DNA of 64,000 nucleotides from Curvularia clavata (Eukaryota): NCBI GenBank assembly GCA_023920165.1, contig CP089275.1, positions 4,092,001 to 4,156,000 of the forward strand, read 5' to 3'. Shown piece by piece: positions 62,960 to 64,000 of this stretch (position 1 is its first letter; each line of letters starts with the position of its first letter). The notes under the pieces were generated by a model. It saw only the letters and a program-made list of their open reading frames with translations, ran no database searches and was not told where the DNA came from. The position numbers and the translations under genes were made by a program.

Positions 62960-64000
62960 ATGCAACAGAGGGTTGGTGAAGAATGCTACAAACAAGCTAT
63001 CAGTTCCCTCGGTACTCTCAACGCTGAAAAAAAGGTCATCCGATTGAAAAAATACCAGTCGAGCCGGGCTTCCAACTGCGTCTCTAGCAGCGAAAATCAT
63101 CATGAACGTAAGGATCCTAATGAGAAGAAGCCCAAAAAAGTGCAACATGTTTGGATAGGATTTTGGGTTAAAATACTAGACTACTCACCTGGGGGACCCA
63201 CACTGTTCTTCCCACCGGAAAGTGGTCATGTCAAGCATCCCCGTTCGTGTGATATCCCACGATATCTTTTTCGGACATTTGACCGAGAAAGCTCTGGAAT
63301 CAACAATGAAGAGATAATGAAGTCGTCAGCAATCTGCTCCAGATACCAGCTGGGTCTCTCCAATGATTTGATGAGCATGGACGAGTTCTATGCTGCTGAT
63401 ATACTACATCACCATTTGAAAAACAAGTTCTACAAGGGAAGAGATGAAGATGACAACTTGGTTTCCTGGACTAGCTCGCTACTTTTCGCGATTCAATATG
63501 CGATATTTAGATGTTGTCACAATGAACTCAGGAGAACTGAGGTCAAAATATGCGTGGTGGACACCAGCCATTTCCCACAAGGGCAATTCATACACGACTT
63601 GCAGCTGCTTGCCAGATATATGCCCACGGCTAAACGCTTGAAAGGTTCTGTACTGAATTTTTTTGAGTTTCGTACAGGGAATGAAGATTACTACAATGGC
63701 GAATACCTCTCACAAGGGGTAGTAAACCATACAGGCAGATCTTGCATAGTTTCTTTGGAACAGCTACAAGCGGCCGGCCTATTCGAACTGTATCCGGAAT
63801 TAGGAGACCCTGAAGATCAGGACAAATGGGCAAAACGTGTGCGCTCTTTACGTACAAAGTGGTTGTATGAAAACGAAACAACTGAGGAAGACATATCACA
63901 TGCGCTCAACATTGCGCAAACGTGTTTCCCCTCATTCGAGACGAACGAGATAGCTTGTTTACTGCTATCGTTTAAGAAGCGCAATTTATCTAGTAAGCAA
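62960..64000 (+). CDS. Fungal uncharacterised protein (DUF7587-like) with ADP-ribosyltransferase-like R-STS-E pattern; runs off the window
   Basis: Open frame from ATG 62960 to the window end: DIPRYLFRTFD...DNLVSWTSSLLFAIQYA...YYNGEYLSQG...GLFELYPE; absent from ORF track because no stop is reached; true start uncertain. Confidence 0.8.
   Translation, partial: MQQRVGEECYKQAISSLGTLNAEKKVIRLKKYQSSRASNCVSSSENHHERKDPNEKKPKKVQHVWIGFWVKILDYSPGGPTLFFPPESGHVKHPRSCDIPRYLFRTFDRESSGINNEEIMKSSAICSRYQLGLSNDLMSMDEFYAADILHHHLKNKFYKGRDEDDNLVSWTSSLLFAIQYAIFRCCHNELRRTEVKICVVDTSHFPQGQFIHDLQLLARYMPTAKRLKGSVLNFFEFRTGNEDYYNGEYLSQGVVNHTGRSCIVSLEQLQAAGLFELYPELGDPEDQDKWAKRVRSLRTKWLYENETTEEDISHALNIAQTCFPSFETNEIACLLLSFKKRNLSSKQ

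Overview
Eukaryotic (fungal) genomic DNA with short GT-AG introns and CTRAY branch points; most likely a filamentous ascomycete (Pezizomycotina, probably a Dothideomycete; inference). About 1-42 kb is a compact housekeeping block: RPL28, UPF0357, HSH49/SF3B4, TOM7, alpha-actinin, CLA4, a PNRC/Edc1-like protein, RBX1, SPC1, ALR1/CorA, CDC34, MSW1, RVS161, an SDR, a TenA-like protein, CBF5 and SIS1. About 42-64 kb looks accessory and visibly more AT-rich: F-box/ankyrin, RTA1, two divergent candidate secreted toxin/effector-like genes, a CDF transporter, a CtvD/AurD-like membrane protein, an APH/PsiK-like kinase, a HET-type pseudogene, a secreted FAD oxidoreductase, a degenerate repeat array, and a window-truncated gene with an R-STS-E ADP-ribosyltransferase-like signature. 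Best leads: a long AUG-free, multi-hairpin leader on the Mg2+ transporter; the ART-like gene; and a secreted-protein gene broken by an A8 tract. All gene models were spliced by eye and family calls are from motif recognition, not database searches.
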